A DNA stretch of 64,000 nucleotides from Oscillospiraceae bacterium. GTDB lineage: Bacteria > Bacillota > Clostridia > Oscillospirales > Oscillospiraceae. Location: NCBI GenBank assembly GCA_020025535.1, contig JAHHRY010000007.1:12630-76629 (forward strand), read 5' to 3'. The notes below the pieces were generated by a model. The model was not told the origin of the DNA. It worked only from the letters and a program-made list of their open reading frames with translations, and made no database searches. Each line of letters opens with the position of its first letter. Within the stretch, counting starts at the first letter, position 1. The position numbers and the translations under genes are program-made. Positions 29,513-38,731 of the stretch are shown here, in pieces.

Positions 29513-29889
29513 GATTTCCTCCTTTTGGGCGCAAAAAAGCCGATAACTTCTGCGCCTTAAAAATCACAGAAGTCATCAGCTGATTCAGCGGTTCAGGTTT
29601 CCCTAGGGAGAACTTCATTCCCGAGGACACATTATATCTGCCGAAGGAATAAAAATCAAGAGATACGCACGAAGAATTTCTGCGTTGCGTCAGGAAAGAC
29701 CGGGAAACAGGCATTTTTGCCGCGGAAAGCAAAGGATAGCCCGCTGCCGTTCGGGGTCGCCGGACAGCGGGCATAAAATTCTCCTGAATCCGTATTTTGG
29801 GGGATGGACAAACGGGAAAAAGTATGCAATAATGAGAAAGAATAAGGGTGTGTCCGGATCGGCTCCTTTGGGAGCGCAGATTTGAAGGA

Positions 29890-29937
29890 AAACTGCCGAG
29901 AAAGTTCTGTATAGGGACTTTCTCGGCATTTTTATAT
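29890..29937 (+). promoter_or_regulatory. Hairpin plus U-tract (terminator/attenuator-like) immediately upstream of the pabA RBS
   Basis: gccgagaaag-ttctgtataggga-ctttctcggc-atttttat, followed by the GGGAGG RBS. Confidence 0.4.
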
Positions 29938-29949
29938 GGGAGGTTCCGT

Positions 29950-30573
29950 ATGTATTTGATGATCGATAATTTTGACTCGTTTGTCTATAATCTGGCCTGC
30001 TATATGCAGGAGAGAGGGGCGCAGGTGCGCCTTGTACGCAGCGACCGGATCCGTGCGGAGGATTTGGAAGCGCTGCTGAAAGAAGGTGCGGAAGAAAGGC
30101 TGGAAGGGCTTATCCTGTCTCCCGGCCCCAAAAGCCCGCAGGACTGCGGAAACTGCAGGGAGATCCTGCTGCGTGCCGCCGGACGGGTTCCGGTCCTTGG
30201 GGTGTGTCTGGGACACCAGATCATCGGAAGCGTGTACGGCGCGGAGGTTTGCAAGGGAAAGCGGCCCATGCATGGAAAAATCAGCAGGATTGAGACAAAC
30301 GGAAGGAACCTGTTTGCAGGGCTTCCCGGCTCGTTCCGGGTGACCCGCTACCACTCTCTGGTGGTGAGCGACCGGGGCTTTCCCGATTGCCTGGAGGTGG
30401 ATGCCCGGGCGGAGGATGGGACAATTATGGCGCTGCATCACAAAAGTTTGCCGATTTACGGCGTGCAGTTCCATCCGGAGGCGGTGCTGACGGAGTACGG
30501 CCATGAGCTGCTGGAGAATTTTATGCGGATATGCGAACAATGGGGGAAGAGCCATGAAAACAGTCATTCGTAA
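29950..30573 (+). CDS. pabA: Aminodeoxychorismate/anthranilate synthase component II (class I glutamine amidotransferase)
   Basis: GATase triad region 'GVCLGHQ' and 'VQFHPE'. GGGAGG RBS. The ORF track frame starts 34 codons upstream. Confidence 0.85.
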   Translation: MYLMIDNFDSFVYNLACYMQERGAQVRLVRSDRIRAEDLEALLKEGAEERLEGLILSPGPKSPQDCGNCREILLRAAGRVPVLGVCLGHQIIGSVYGAEVCKGKRPMHGKISRIETNGRNLFAGLPGSFRVTRYHSLVVSDRGFPDCLEVDARAEDGTIMALHHKSLPIYGVQFHPEAVLTEYGHELLENFMRICEQWGKSHENSHS

Positions 30574-31912
30574 GCTGGATATTTACAAAGAAGCGGCAGC
30601 GATTTTTGAATGCTGCCAGAATGAGAAGATGGCGGCATTTCTGGATTCGTCTCTGGAGGGAGAGACCGGGCGGTACAGCGTGATTGGTCTGGACCCCTAT
30701 CTGATCCTGACGGAGGACGAGGGAGTTTTTTACCGCAATGGAGAGCCGCAGAAAGAAAGCTTTCTTCAGGGGCTGAACCAGGCACTGGAAAGCGCAAGAG
30801 AGGACAATCCGACGTCGCTTCCGCTGATTTCGGGAGCGCTGGGATATTTTTCCTATGACTTCGGAAGAAAGTTTGAGCACATCTCTACACGCCACCCCAG
30901 AAAACTGCGGGTGCCGGATGCGGTGTTTGCCTTTTACGATGTTCTCATTATCGAAGACAAGACGGAAAAGGCCCTTTATCTCACAGCCCGGGGAGAAAAA
31001 CGCCCCCCGGAGCAGGCGTTTCGGGAGGTGGAAGCGGAGATTCGTCAGTGCCGGGAGACGGTACAGCCGGAAAGACATCCGGGACTGGCACCCTTTACGC
31101 CGAATTTCGAGAAGGAGGACTACAAGGCTGCCATTGACCGGGTGATCTCCTATATCGTGGAGGGGGACATCTATATTGCCAATATGACCCAGCAGCTGAC
31201 GGTGAAAAGCGGCAGGACACCCTATGAGGTCTACCGCTATCTGCGTACCTATAATCCCGCACCTTTCAGCGCCTTTTTCCAATACGGAGATTTTCAGGTG
31301 ATCTGCTCCTCACCGGAGCGGTTCCTGCAGGTCAAAGACGGAAAGGTAGAGACAAGACCCATCAAGGGCACCCGGAAGCGGGGCAGGACTGCCAAGGAAG
31401 ACGAAGCCCTTCGCAAAGAGCTTGAAAACTCCGAGAAGGATCACAGCGAGCTGCTGATGATCGTGGATCTGGAGCGGAACGACCTGAATCATGTCTGTCA
31501 GCCGGGAACCGTGGAGGTAACGGAGCATTTTGCCGTGGAGACCTATGCCACGGTGTTTCATCTGGTTACCACCATCGTGGGCAGGCTTGGGCAGGAATGC
31601 ACGCCGGGTGCCCTGATGGAAGCGGCTTTCCCCGGAGGCTCCATCACCGGTGCACCTAAGATACGGGCAATGGAAATTATTGACGAACTGGAACATGACC
31701 GCCGGAATCTGTATACCGGCTCTTTGGGATATTTTTCTCTGAACGGGGACTGTGATCTGAATATCATCATCCGTACCGCTGTCCATCAGGACGGACAGTA
31801 TACGCTGGGCGTGGGCGGCGGTATTACCTGTGAGTCGGAGCCGGAATTTGAGTATGAAGAGACCCTTCAAAAGGCAAAGGCTCTTTTGGAGGCCATGTGG
31901 GAGGAAAGATAA
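30554..31912 (+). CDS. pabB: Aminodeoxychorismate synthase component I (chorismate-binding enzyme)
   Basis: Chorismate-binding-domain motifs ('SPERFL', 'PIKGT', 'PGGSITGAPK'). Overlaps pabA. Confidence 0.85.
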   Translation: MKTVIRKLDIYKEAAAIFECCQNEKMAAFLDSSLEGETGRYSVIGLDPYLILTEDEGVFYRNGEPQKESFLQGLNQALESAREDNPTSLPLISGALGYFSYDFGRKFEHISTRHPRKLRVPDAVFAFYDVLIIEDKTEKALYLTARGEKRPPEQAFREVEAEIRQCRETVQPERHPGLAPFTPNFEKEDYKAAIDRVISYIVEGDIYIANMTQQLTVKSGRTPYEVYRYLRTYNPAPFSAFFQYGDFQVICSSPERFLQVKDGKVETRPIKGTRKRGRTAKEDEALRKELENSEKDHSELLMIVDLERNDLNHVCQPGTVEVTEHFAVETYATVFHLVTTIVGRLGQECTPGALMEAAFPGGSITGAPKIRAMEIIDELEHDRRNLYTGSLGYFSLNGDCDLNIIIRTAVHQDGQYTLGVGGGITCESEPEFEYEETLQKAKALLEAMWEER

Positions 31913-32652
31913 TGTTTACACCGGACGACGGGTATTATTTTGGTTTGGGAGCCTTTGAGACCATCGCACTGGAGGAGGGAAGACCGCAGTTTCTCCGGGA
32001 GCATCTGCAGAGACTGGAGACGGCACTGAAATTTTTCTCTCTCCCGGTTTCCGTGGAACAGATCCGGGAGGCGGTGGAAGAAGCCCTGTCCCGGCAGGAG
32101 GCAAGACAGGGCCGCAGAGCACTGAAGGTGGCGGTTTCCCGGGAGAATCTGCTGGTTACCACCCGGGAAAATCCCTATTGCCGGGAGGACTATCTTCAGG
32201 GCTTCGACACAGATTATTCTGCCATCCGGCGCAACGAGACATCTCCTTTTTCCTATCATAAGACGCTGAACTGCGGGGACGGAATCTGGGAGAAGCGGCG
32301 GGCTGCGGCAGCCGGAATCCGGGAGCCGATTTTCCTGAATACCCGGGGACAGATTGCCGAAGGCGCGACGACCAACGTGTTTTTTATCCGGGAAGGCAGG
32401 CTGGTGACGCCGCCTCTTTCCTGTGGAATGCTTCCGGGCATTCTGCGAGCCTATCTCTGCCGAATCTATGAGACAGAAGAAAAAATCGTGCTGCCGGAAG
32501 AGGTTGCGGAGTATGAGGAGATGTTTGTGACCAATTCCCTGCTGGGTATCATGCCGGTGCGGCGGCTTGGACAGCATACGTTTTCCGGTATGGAGAGGGG
32601 ACTGGCGCTGGCCCGTATGTTTTTTGACAGTCATCCCGGGGAAGAGGTGTAA
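31912..32652 (+). CDS. pabC: Aminodeoxychorismate lyase-like (class IV aminotransferase fold)
   Basis: Class-IV aminotransferase fold, inferred from operon position and length. Translationally coupled to pabB (TAATG). Confidence 0.65.
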   Translation: MFTPDDGYYFGLGAFETIALEEGRPQFLREHLQRLETALKFFSLPVSVEQIREAVEEALSRQEARQGRRALKVAVSRENLLVTTRENPYCREDYLQGFDTDYSAIRRNETSPFSYHKTLNCGDGIWEKRRAAAAGIREPIFLNTRGQIAEGATTNVFFIREGRLVTPPLSCGMLPGILRAYLCRIYETEEKIVLPEEVAEYEEMFVTNSLLGIMPVRRLGQHTFSGMERGLALARMFFDSHPGEEV

Positions 32653-32656
32653 TAGG

Positions 32657-33550
32657 ATGGCAGAGACGGTTTCCGGTACCGCTCCCGGAAAAATGCTGGT
32701 GGAGCGGACAAGCCAGACCGACAGCACCCGGGTGCAGATCGGAGAAGCCCGGATCGGCGGCGGGGGTTTTTCTTTCCTTGCAGGTCTGAGAAAGGCATGG
32801 AACGAGGAAAACATAAAGAATCTGAAGCAAACAGGCGCTGCCTGCATCTGGGCGGAAGAAACGGACGACCGGAATCCCGGGGAAGAACGTCTGAGCCTGC
32901 TGACGGCGGCAGGAAAAAAAGCCGGTCTGCCGGTGATTGCCTCTGTTTCTTCCATTCGGGCGCTGCCGCTTCTGGAAAAGGCGGATGCCGTTTTGACAGA
33001 GGGACGGAGTATGCAGGATTATGAGTTGCTCCGAGCATTGGGCAGACTCAGAAAACCGGTGATTCTCACAAGGAATGCAGGCAGCACGCCGGAGGAGCTG
33101 CTTATGGCCGGGGAGTACCTGCTGAGCGGCGGCAACGGGCAGGTGATTTTCTGCGAGCAGGGAACCCGTACCTTTTCTTCTCCCACCGGGAGAAGTCTGG
33201 ATCTGACGGTAGCTCTGTGGCTTCGCAGCCGGACGCACCTGCCGATTATTGTGGATCCCGGTCCCACCGTACAGACGGAGGAGGCACTCAGCGCGATGAT
33301 TCTGGCGGCTGCGGCAGCGGGAGTGGACGGAGTGATGTTCCGGCTGGGAACGGAGGGAGACGTACCGGGGCTTTCGCCGGAGACCTTCCGGCGGACGGCG
33401 GAGCACACGCAGGCACTGCTTGCGGCGCTGGGCAGGCCGGATGTGCCGCACCCGGATGACGGACGGCTTCGTGAGAGCGCCGGGGCGCCGGTGGCTGCCT
33501 GCGAACAGGAGGCAGAAAAGCATACGCGGGCAAGCACTTTGGCGGTTTGA
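32657..33550 (+). CDS. DAHP synthase (AroF/KdsA)-family homolog with degenerate catalytic motifs
   Basis: Strong similarity to the DAHPS barrel ('KPVILTRN...EYLLSGGNGQVIFCEQGTRTF...HLPIIVDP'). The conserved Cys (AGPCS), KPRTS and DPSH positions are replaced. Confidence 0.7.
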   Translation: MAETVSGTAPGKMLVERTSQTDSTRVQIGEARIGGGGFSFLAGLRKAWNEENIKNLKQTGAACIWAEETDDRNPGEERLSLLTAAGKKAGLPVIASVSSIRALPLLEKADAVLTEGRSMQDYELLRALGRLRKPVILTRNAGSTPEELLMAGEYLLSGGNGQVIFCEQGTRTFSSPTGRSLDLTVALWLRSRTHLPIIVDPGPTVQTEEALSAMILAAAAAGVDGVMFRLGTEGDVPGLSPETFRRTAEHTQALLAALGRPDVPHPDDGRLRESAGAPVAACEQEAEKHTRASTLAV

Positions 33551-33613
33551 AATGGAACGCCTGAGCTGTCGGAAGTGACCCGGAGTTCCTACCCGCCCCC
33601 GGCAACTGAAAAA

Positions 33614-33650
33614 AGTCCTGAAATCATAGGATTTCAGGACTTTTTCTTTT
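33614..33650 (+). terminator. Intrinsic terminator of the pab operon
   Basis: agtcctgaaatc-atag-gatttcaggact followed by a T run. Confidence 0.7.
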
Positions 33651-33825
33651 CTGAGCGCATAGGAATCTTTGAAAGGCTGTTTTTTGAATCAGACCGGAGG
33701 CCAGCGGCAGTTCCGTGCAGAGAATGCCGCCTTGTCAGCGATACAAAAATAGCACTGAAATTTCTACAAATTATAAAAGAGAAGATGTGTTTTTTGTGTT
33801 GCAAAATGTATTTAACGATGATAGA

Positions 33826-34212
33826 ATGACCGTGGGTGATGTAAACTTGTTGAAAAAGCCAACCAATCTGCGCTGGAAGCTGCCGCTGTTTTTGCTGTGC
33901 GGCGGATTTCTGCTGACTTGGGCTCTGTGCTGCTTTCCTTGTCCTATCCGGCATCTGACGGGAATTCCCTGCCCGGGCTGCGGTATGGGCAGAGCGTGGT
34001 ATGCTGCACTTCACTTGAATTTCCGGAAAGCATTTGCCTGTCATCCTGCATTTTGGGCTGTTCCCGTGATTGCGGTGTTTCTGCTGTACGACTGTAAATT
34101 GTTCTCCAAAAAGAGAACCAACACCCTTGTTTTGACAGGTGTTCTGCTTGTGGTCGCTGTCAGTTATGTGATTCGTCTGATTATGTATTTTAATGGGGCC
34201 TTGGCCCTTTAA
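33826..34212 (+). CDS. DUF2752-family membrane protein
   Basis: 'CPIRHLTGIPCPGCGMGRA' motif typical of DUF2752. Hydrophobic. Confidence 0.55.
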   Translation: MTVGDVNLLKKPTNLRWKLPLFLLCGGFLLTWALCCFPCPIRHLTGIPCPGCGMGRAWYAALHLNFRKAFACHPAFWAVPVIAVFLLYDCKLFSKKRTNTLVLTGVLLVVAVSYVIRLIMYFNGALAL

Positions 34213-34246
34213 AATGAGTCCCTACCAATAAAAGGAGAGAGTATTT

Positions 34247-34651
34247 ATGTATTGTAAAAATTGTGGTAACCCTATGGACCCGAATGCCTCTGTATGTGTA
34301 AAGTGCGGCTGTGCAGCCAACAATGGCGGCAACTTCTGCGCAAACTGCGGTCAGCCTGTTGCTCCCGGTGCCGTGTTCTGCACTTCCTGTGGCGCAAGTA
34401 TGACTCCTGTTGCCCCTGCTGAGGCAAAGAGCAAGATGGTTGCCGGCCTGCTGGGTATTCTGGTGGGTGCTTTGGGCGTCCATAATTTCTATCTGGGTTA
34501 CACCAGTAAGGCTGTCGTGCAGCTTCTGCTTACTGTTCTGAGCTGCGGTGTCCTGGGCGCTGTAAGCTCCATCTGGGGCCTGGTTGAGGGCATTATGATC
34601 CTGACCGGCAATATCAAGACGGACGGAAAGGGCAATCCTCTGAAGGATTGA
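34247..34651 (+). CDS. Zinc-ribbon + TM2-domain membrane protein
   Basis: N-terminal CxxC repeats ('CKNCGN...CVKCG...CANCG...CTSCG') and a TM2-like hydrophobic C-terminus. AAAGGAGAGAG RBS. Confidence 0.75.
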   Translation: MYCKNCGNPMDPNASVCVKCGCAANNGGNFCANCGQPVAPGAVFCTSCGASMTPVAPAEAKSKMVAGLLGILVGALGVHNFYLGYTSKAVVQLLLTVLSCGVLGAVSSIWGLVEGIMILTGNIKTDGKGNPLKD

Positions 34652-34894
34652 TCTTTGGCTGCAGTGATGTCTGCGGCTGAGGGAAAGATACATATGCGCC
34701 GCCGGTAAAGGGAGTTTGAAAATCTGCGGCAGCTGTGGATACCTTTCCGCTTTCGGAATATTACAATATATTTAGACAGCCCCCCGGTTTCTGCCGAAAC
34801 AGAGACCGGGGGCTAAAAAAGCCATCTGCCCGGACAGGCAGATGGCTTTTTTGTTCTGCGGGAATCCGGCTGTACCGGAAAACGGGGAACGGTA

Positions 34895-35722
34895 TCAGTA
34901 CTTGCCGCCTCCGCCGCCATGACTGGTGCCGGAGGAGCTGGTATGCGTGCTCGAGCCGGAACGGGAGTAAGAGCCGGAGCTGCCGCCTCCGCCGGTATCC
35001 TTGGGCCTTGCACGGCGGTCAACCGTATGGTAGAGGAAAAGGTCGCTCTTCTCATCGATCCGTGTACTGCCGGCGCGAATATAGCTGTTGGCAGAGGACT
35101 GGGAACGGACGCTTGTCAGCTGGCTCTTCATGGAGCCTACCACAATGAAGGCAATCACAAAGCCCACCACCAGAGAAATGGGAATCCATTTCAGGGACAG
35201 AGGCTTCATGGGGAGATGTCCGTAATCATAGGGCTCTCCTGTCAGGGCCTGACGGATGAATTTATCGCACTGATCGGCAAAGATATTGAAGGCCTTGGCG
35301 TAGTTTTCTTTCTTCAGGGAAGGCAGAAAACGCTCGGACATATAGTCGAGGCCTGCGTCCGTCACCGCACGGATACCGAAGCCGGTAGTGGAAACATACC
35401 AGTCCCGGGTAGTGGGGCACAGCAGCAGGAGAATGCCGTCCCGGCTGCTGCCAAAGCCATAGCCGCTGTAGTCGAAGAAATCATCCGCGACATCTCTGGG
35501 CAATTTGCCACCCAGATCCTTGACGGTGAGGATGACGATGTCCACCTGATGCTTTTCACTGATTTTATCCAGTTTTTCCAGCAGCTTTTCGGACTCGCGG
35601 GTGCCTAAAACCCCGGCTCCATCCACAAGACGGGGAGGTTTTGTATCGGCTGCCCGTGCGGGAATCAGGGCTGCCGCACACAGCACGATCATGAGGAACA
35701 ACGCAAAGAAACGCTTTTTCAT
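34895..35722 (-). CDS. TPM-domain (TLP18.3/Psb32/MOLO-1) protein with signal peptide, TM segment and Gly/Ser-rich tail
   Basis: TPM-domain motifs ('LVDGAGVL...QVDIVILTV...GILLLL') and a C-terminal GGGG tail. Confidence 0.8.
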   Translation of the reverse strand: MKKRFFALFLMIVLCAAALIPARAADTKPPRLVDGAGVLGTRESEKLLEKLDKISEKHQVDIVILTVKDLGGKLPRDVADDFFDYSGYGFGSSRDGILLLLCPTTRDWYVSTTGFGIRAVTDAGLDYMSERFLPSLKKENYAKAFNIFADQCDKFIRQALTGEPYDYGHLPMKPLSLKWIPISLVVGFVIAFIVVGSMKSQLTSVRSQSSANSYIRAGSTRIDEKSDLFLYHTVDRRARPKDTGGGGSSGSYSRSGSSTHTSSSGTSHGGGGGKY

Positions 35723-35735
35723 ATTCTGTCCCTCC

Positions 35736-36830
35736 CTAAATCAGGCCGATCAGCCGCAGCAGCCACGCGGCACCGTAAACAATCGCGCCGCACAGGGCGG
35801 TCAGGCCGACAGTCCACTGTGCTGCCAGCTTCTTGTCCACGGGCAGGTTGCCCACGAACTTGCCCGTCTGACCATTCATGGCAAAGGTGTATTTCTGACC
35901 GTTCCAGGTGGTATTCAGCAGCCAGACAGGGTAAAGGGCATACTTGGCCTTGCTGTTTTGCAGAGAGATGCTGGTGGTTACCGGTACGGCGGTGGTATAG
36001 CCGCTCACGCTGTTGGCGAAGGACTGCACCGTGCTCTTCCGGATTCGTTCGTTGGCGCGGCTGATGCTTTCGTTTGCGTCTACGTCATATTTATCCGCCA
36101 GATAACCTGCCAGATAGGCAGTCTGGAAATCCTTTGCTTCCTTAAAATCAAACGGCTCAAGAGATTCCATCAAATCGTCCGCCATTTTGACGGAGCCGTC
36201 CACGGGCACATGATTAAAGCCAATCTGGCCGCCCCGTTTGACGGAGAAGTACTTGGTTTCCGTGTAGATATAATTGCTGTCGCTCCAGCTGCGGACCCGG
36301 GTGGCTCTGTAGAGGATTCTGGCATTTACGTCTGCGTCAAACAGCCAGAAGGGGACATACACGCCCTTGACCTCATCCAGATGGTGCTTCTCTTTGAAAA
36401 CTTTGGGAAGCAGCCGTTTTCCGCACAGATGCTTTGCAAAGCTGTCTGTGGCGGCTTTTTTATCCAGCCTGAAAGGAATCACATAATCCGGCCGCAGGTC
36501 GCCCGAGAGCTGTCCTTTCATCACAACGGGGCTGTCACAGAAGGGACAGGACGTTGCGGCGGTATTTTCGTCCACCACAATTTCGCCGCCGCAGGAATTG
36601 CAGATATAGGTACGAAGGCCCTCTGCTTCCCCCTCCTGCCATTCGCTTCCGGGCCGGTTTTCCCATGTCATTTCATCCGGCTGCCCGTCGTTTAAATCGG
36701 CATCGTAGTTTTTCAGGGTGTCCATTTCAAATTCCGTGTCGCAATAGGGACACTTCATCTTTTGCAGCTCACTGTCGAAAGTGATTGCGCCGCCGCAGCA
36801 CGGACACTTGTATTCAAGTAATGTTGCCAT
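35736..36830 (-). CDS. Double zinc-ribbon protein with C-terminal TM helix
   Basis: Two CPxCG...CPxCD zinc ribbons plus a C-terminal hydrophobic segment. AAGAGG RBS before MATLLEY. Confidence 0.65.
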   Translation of the reverse strand: MATLLEYKCPCCGGAITFDSELQKMKCPYCDTEFEMDTLKNYDADLNDGQPDEMTWENRPGSEWQEGEAEGLRTYICNSCGGEIVVDENTAATSCPFCDSPVVMKGQLSGDLRPDYVIPFRLDKKAATDSFAKHLCGKRLLPKVFKEKHHLDEVKGVYVPFWLFDADVNARILYRATRVRSWSDSNYIYTETKYFSVKRGGQIGFNHVPVDGSVKMADDLMESLEPFDFKEAKDFQTAYLAGYLADKYDVDANESISRANERIRKSTVQSFANSVSGYTTAVPVTTSISLQNSKAKYALYPVWLLNTTWNGQKYTFAMNGQTGKFVGNLPVDKKLAAQWTVGLTALCGAIVYGAAWLLRLIGLI

Positions 36831-37013
36831 GTCCACGTATCCTCTTTATGTCGTTATTTCTTTCACCCGTCGGAACTCCGGTAAAGAAATCCGTGCAGCG
36901 GCTCACCGGCTGCCGGCCCGTTTCCCGGAAAGAGCGGGCGAATGCGTCCGGACCGGTGGCCTGCTCAGGGCTGCCGATCCTCTGGGGACATCATATTAAA
37001 TTCCTGAGTGTTC

Positions 37014-38426
37014 TTATTCCTTATCGCTGTCGTCAAACGGGTCGCCGCATTCGGGACAGAACTTGGGAGGATGCGTCGGGTCTTCCGGCTGCCATCCGCA
37101 CTTGTCACAGCGGTAGAGAGGGGCGTCTGCAGGTTTTCTGGCGCCGCAGTTCTGACAGAACTTGCCCTGATTTACAGAACCGCAGGAGCAGGTCCAGCCG
37201 CTGACTTCCGGTCTTCTGGCACCGCACTGCGGGCAGAACCTGCCGGTGGCAATGGTGCCGCAGGAGCATTTCCAGCTGTCGGCCTGTACGGGTTCCGGCT
37301 TTTTGCTGCCGCAATTCTGGCAGAACTTTCCGGAGACGATGGTGCCGCAGGAACACTTCCAGGTGTTCTGCTGCTGAGGTGCCTGCTGTGCCGCCTGCAT
37401 GGCAGCCTGCTGCTGTGCGGTCTGCTGTGCAAAGAGGTTCTGCACGGTGCCGCCGCCGGCGTTCATAGCCATGCCCATGCCCAGGAATCCGTTCATGGCA
37501 CCGTTGCGGTTGGAGGCGGCAGCCTTCATGGCATCGGCCTGTGCGCCTACCAGCGTGCCTGCAGCCATGCCCGGATTGCTCATGAAAGCGGAACGCTGTG
37601 CCTGCTTGATCAGCTCGGCGTCCTCGGGAGGCAGGGTGACGGAGCCCAGAGCAACGGATACCATCTTGAGGCCGCGTTCTTTCCACAGCTTGGAAAGCTC
37701 CTCGCTCATGGCCTTCTGCAATTCCTCGTTGTGGGTTATAATCTCATTCGGGCGCAGCTCCAGTGCGGACAGCTTGCCGAATGCCTGCTGCAGAGCACCG
37801 ATAAACTCTCCTTTCAGCATACTGTCCAGACCGTTGGTCTCCCGGGTGAAACGATCGGTCACGTTATTGCAGACCTTGACGTAGAACAGGGGCGGGTTTT
37901 CGATCTGATAAGAGTACACACCGGAGCAGCGGATGGAAACGTCGATGTCCAGATTGATTTTGTGATCCACCACACGGAAGGGAACAGGATTCGGCGTGCC
38001 GAACTTGTTGTCAAACAGCTCCTTGGTGTTGATGTAATACACTCTCTGGTCGTTGCCGACGTCTCCGCCGTAGGTGAAGCGCTTGCCGACTGTTTTGAAG
38101 GTTTCCAGGATACCGGTACCCAGAGGGCCGGTGAAAAGGCTGGGCTCGGAAGAGGTATCGTAGGTGAAGCAACCCGGCTCCGCACAGATTTCGACGACCT
38201 TGCCATGCTCCACGATCAGCATACACTGACCGTCTGCAACGGCGATACCGGAGCCGTTGGAAATGACGTTATCATGTCCCTTGGTGTTGGAAGAACGCTT
38301 GCCGGTGACTTTGTGGCCTCTGGTGACAAGCAGGTCGTTGGACATGGAATCGCAGTAAAAGTACTCCTTCCACTGATCGGCCATGGTGCCGCCAAAGGAA
38401 CTGATTGCTGCTTTAATGAGTCCCAT
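37014..38426 (-). CDS. SPFH/band-7 domain protein with four C-terminal tandem zinc-ribbon repeats
   Basis: SPFH-like N-terminus, Q/A-rich linker, then 4x 'W(K/T)CSCG..G(K/R)FC(Q/P)(N/Q)CG..(K/R)P'. Confidence 0.8.
   Translation of the reverse strand: MGLIKAAISSFGGTMADQWKEYFYCDSMSNDLLVTRGHKVTGKRSSNTKGHDNVISNGSGIAVADGQCMLIVEHGKVVEICAEPGCFTYDTSSEPSLFTGPLGTGILETFKTVGKRFTYGGDVGNDQRVYYINTKELFDNKFGTPNPVPFRVVDHKINLDIDVSIRCSGVYSYQIENPPLFYVKVCNNVTDRFTRETNGLDSMLKGEFIGALQQAFGKLSALELRPNEIITHNEELQKAMSEELSKLWKERGLKMVSVALGSVTLPPEDAELIKQAQRSAFMSNPGMAAGTLVGAQADAMKAAASNRNGAMNGFLGMGMAMNAGGGTVQNLFAQQTAQQQAAMQAAQQAPQQQNTWKCSCGTIVSGKFCQNCGSKKPEPVQADSWKCSCGTIATGRFCPQCGARRPEVSGWTCSCGSVNQGKFCQNCGARKPADAPLYRCDKCGWQPEDPTHPPKFCPECGDPFDDSDKE
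37050..37330 (-). repeat. In-frame tandem coding repeats (4 zinc-ribbon units) within the SPFH gene
   Basis: Repeated tgg-aag/acc-tgc-tcc-tgc-gg...ttc-tgc-cag-aac/aat-tgc-gg blocks read directly on the minus strand. Confidence 0.6.
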
Positions 38427-38614
38427 AGTGTATCTCCTTTGCGTTTTATGTTTATAAAAAAGGTTTTCTATTCATTTTATGCATGAATAATATACGCACA
38501 CAATTATACTTATTTTCCGCTTCAATGTCAACGAATGAAAAGAAATTTTGTGGCAGCTGAATTTCTATGCAATGCAAAATGCATAGAATGGGCATTCCTT
38601 ACAGGTTACATAAT

Positions 38615-38632
38615 ACCACAATATATTGTGGT
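38615..38632 (+). promoter_or_regulatory. NrdR box 1 (ACCACAATATATTGTGGT palindrome)
   Basis: Matches the NrdR-box consensus acaCwAtATaTwGtgt. Upstream of nrdG-nrdD. Confidence 0.65.
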
Positions 38633-38670
38633 GCATTTTGACGATAACAACAAAATAAAGGAAAATGGTG

Positions 38671-38702
38671 TTGACTTTTGGAATCCGACTATATATACTG
38701 AG
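38671..38702 (+). promoter_or_regulatory. nrdGD promoter (TTGACT-17-TATACT) overlapping NrdR box 2 (cgactatatatactgag)
   Basis: -35 at 38671-38676 and -10 at 38694-38699. Box 2 at ~38686-38702 matches 12 of 16 consensus positions. Confidence 0.5.
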
Positions 38703-38731
38703 CACTAGAACGGCCACGGGAGGGAACGGAA

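Noticed and set aside
37008-38486. 492-aa plus-strand ORF opposite the SPFH gene
   Set aside because: High-GC antisense frame with Ala/Gly/Arg-rich translation and no RBS. The SPFH gene on the minus strand has coherent domains.
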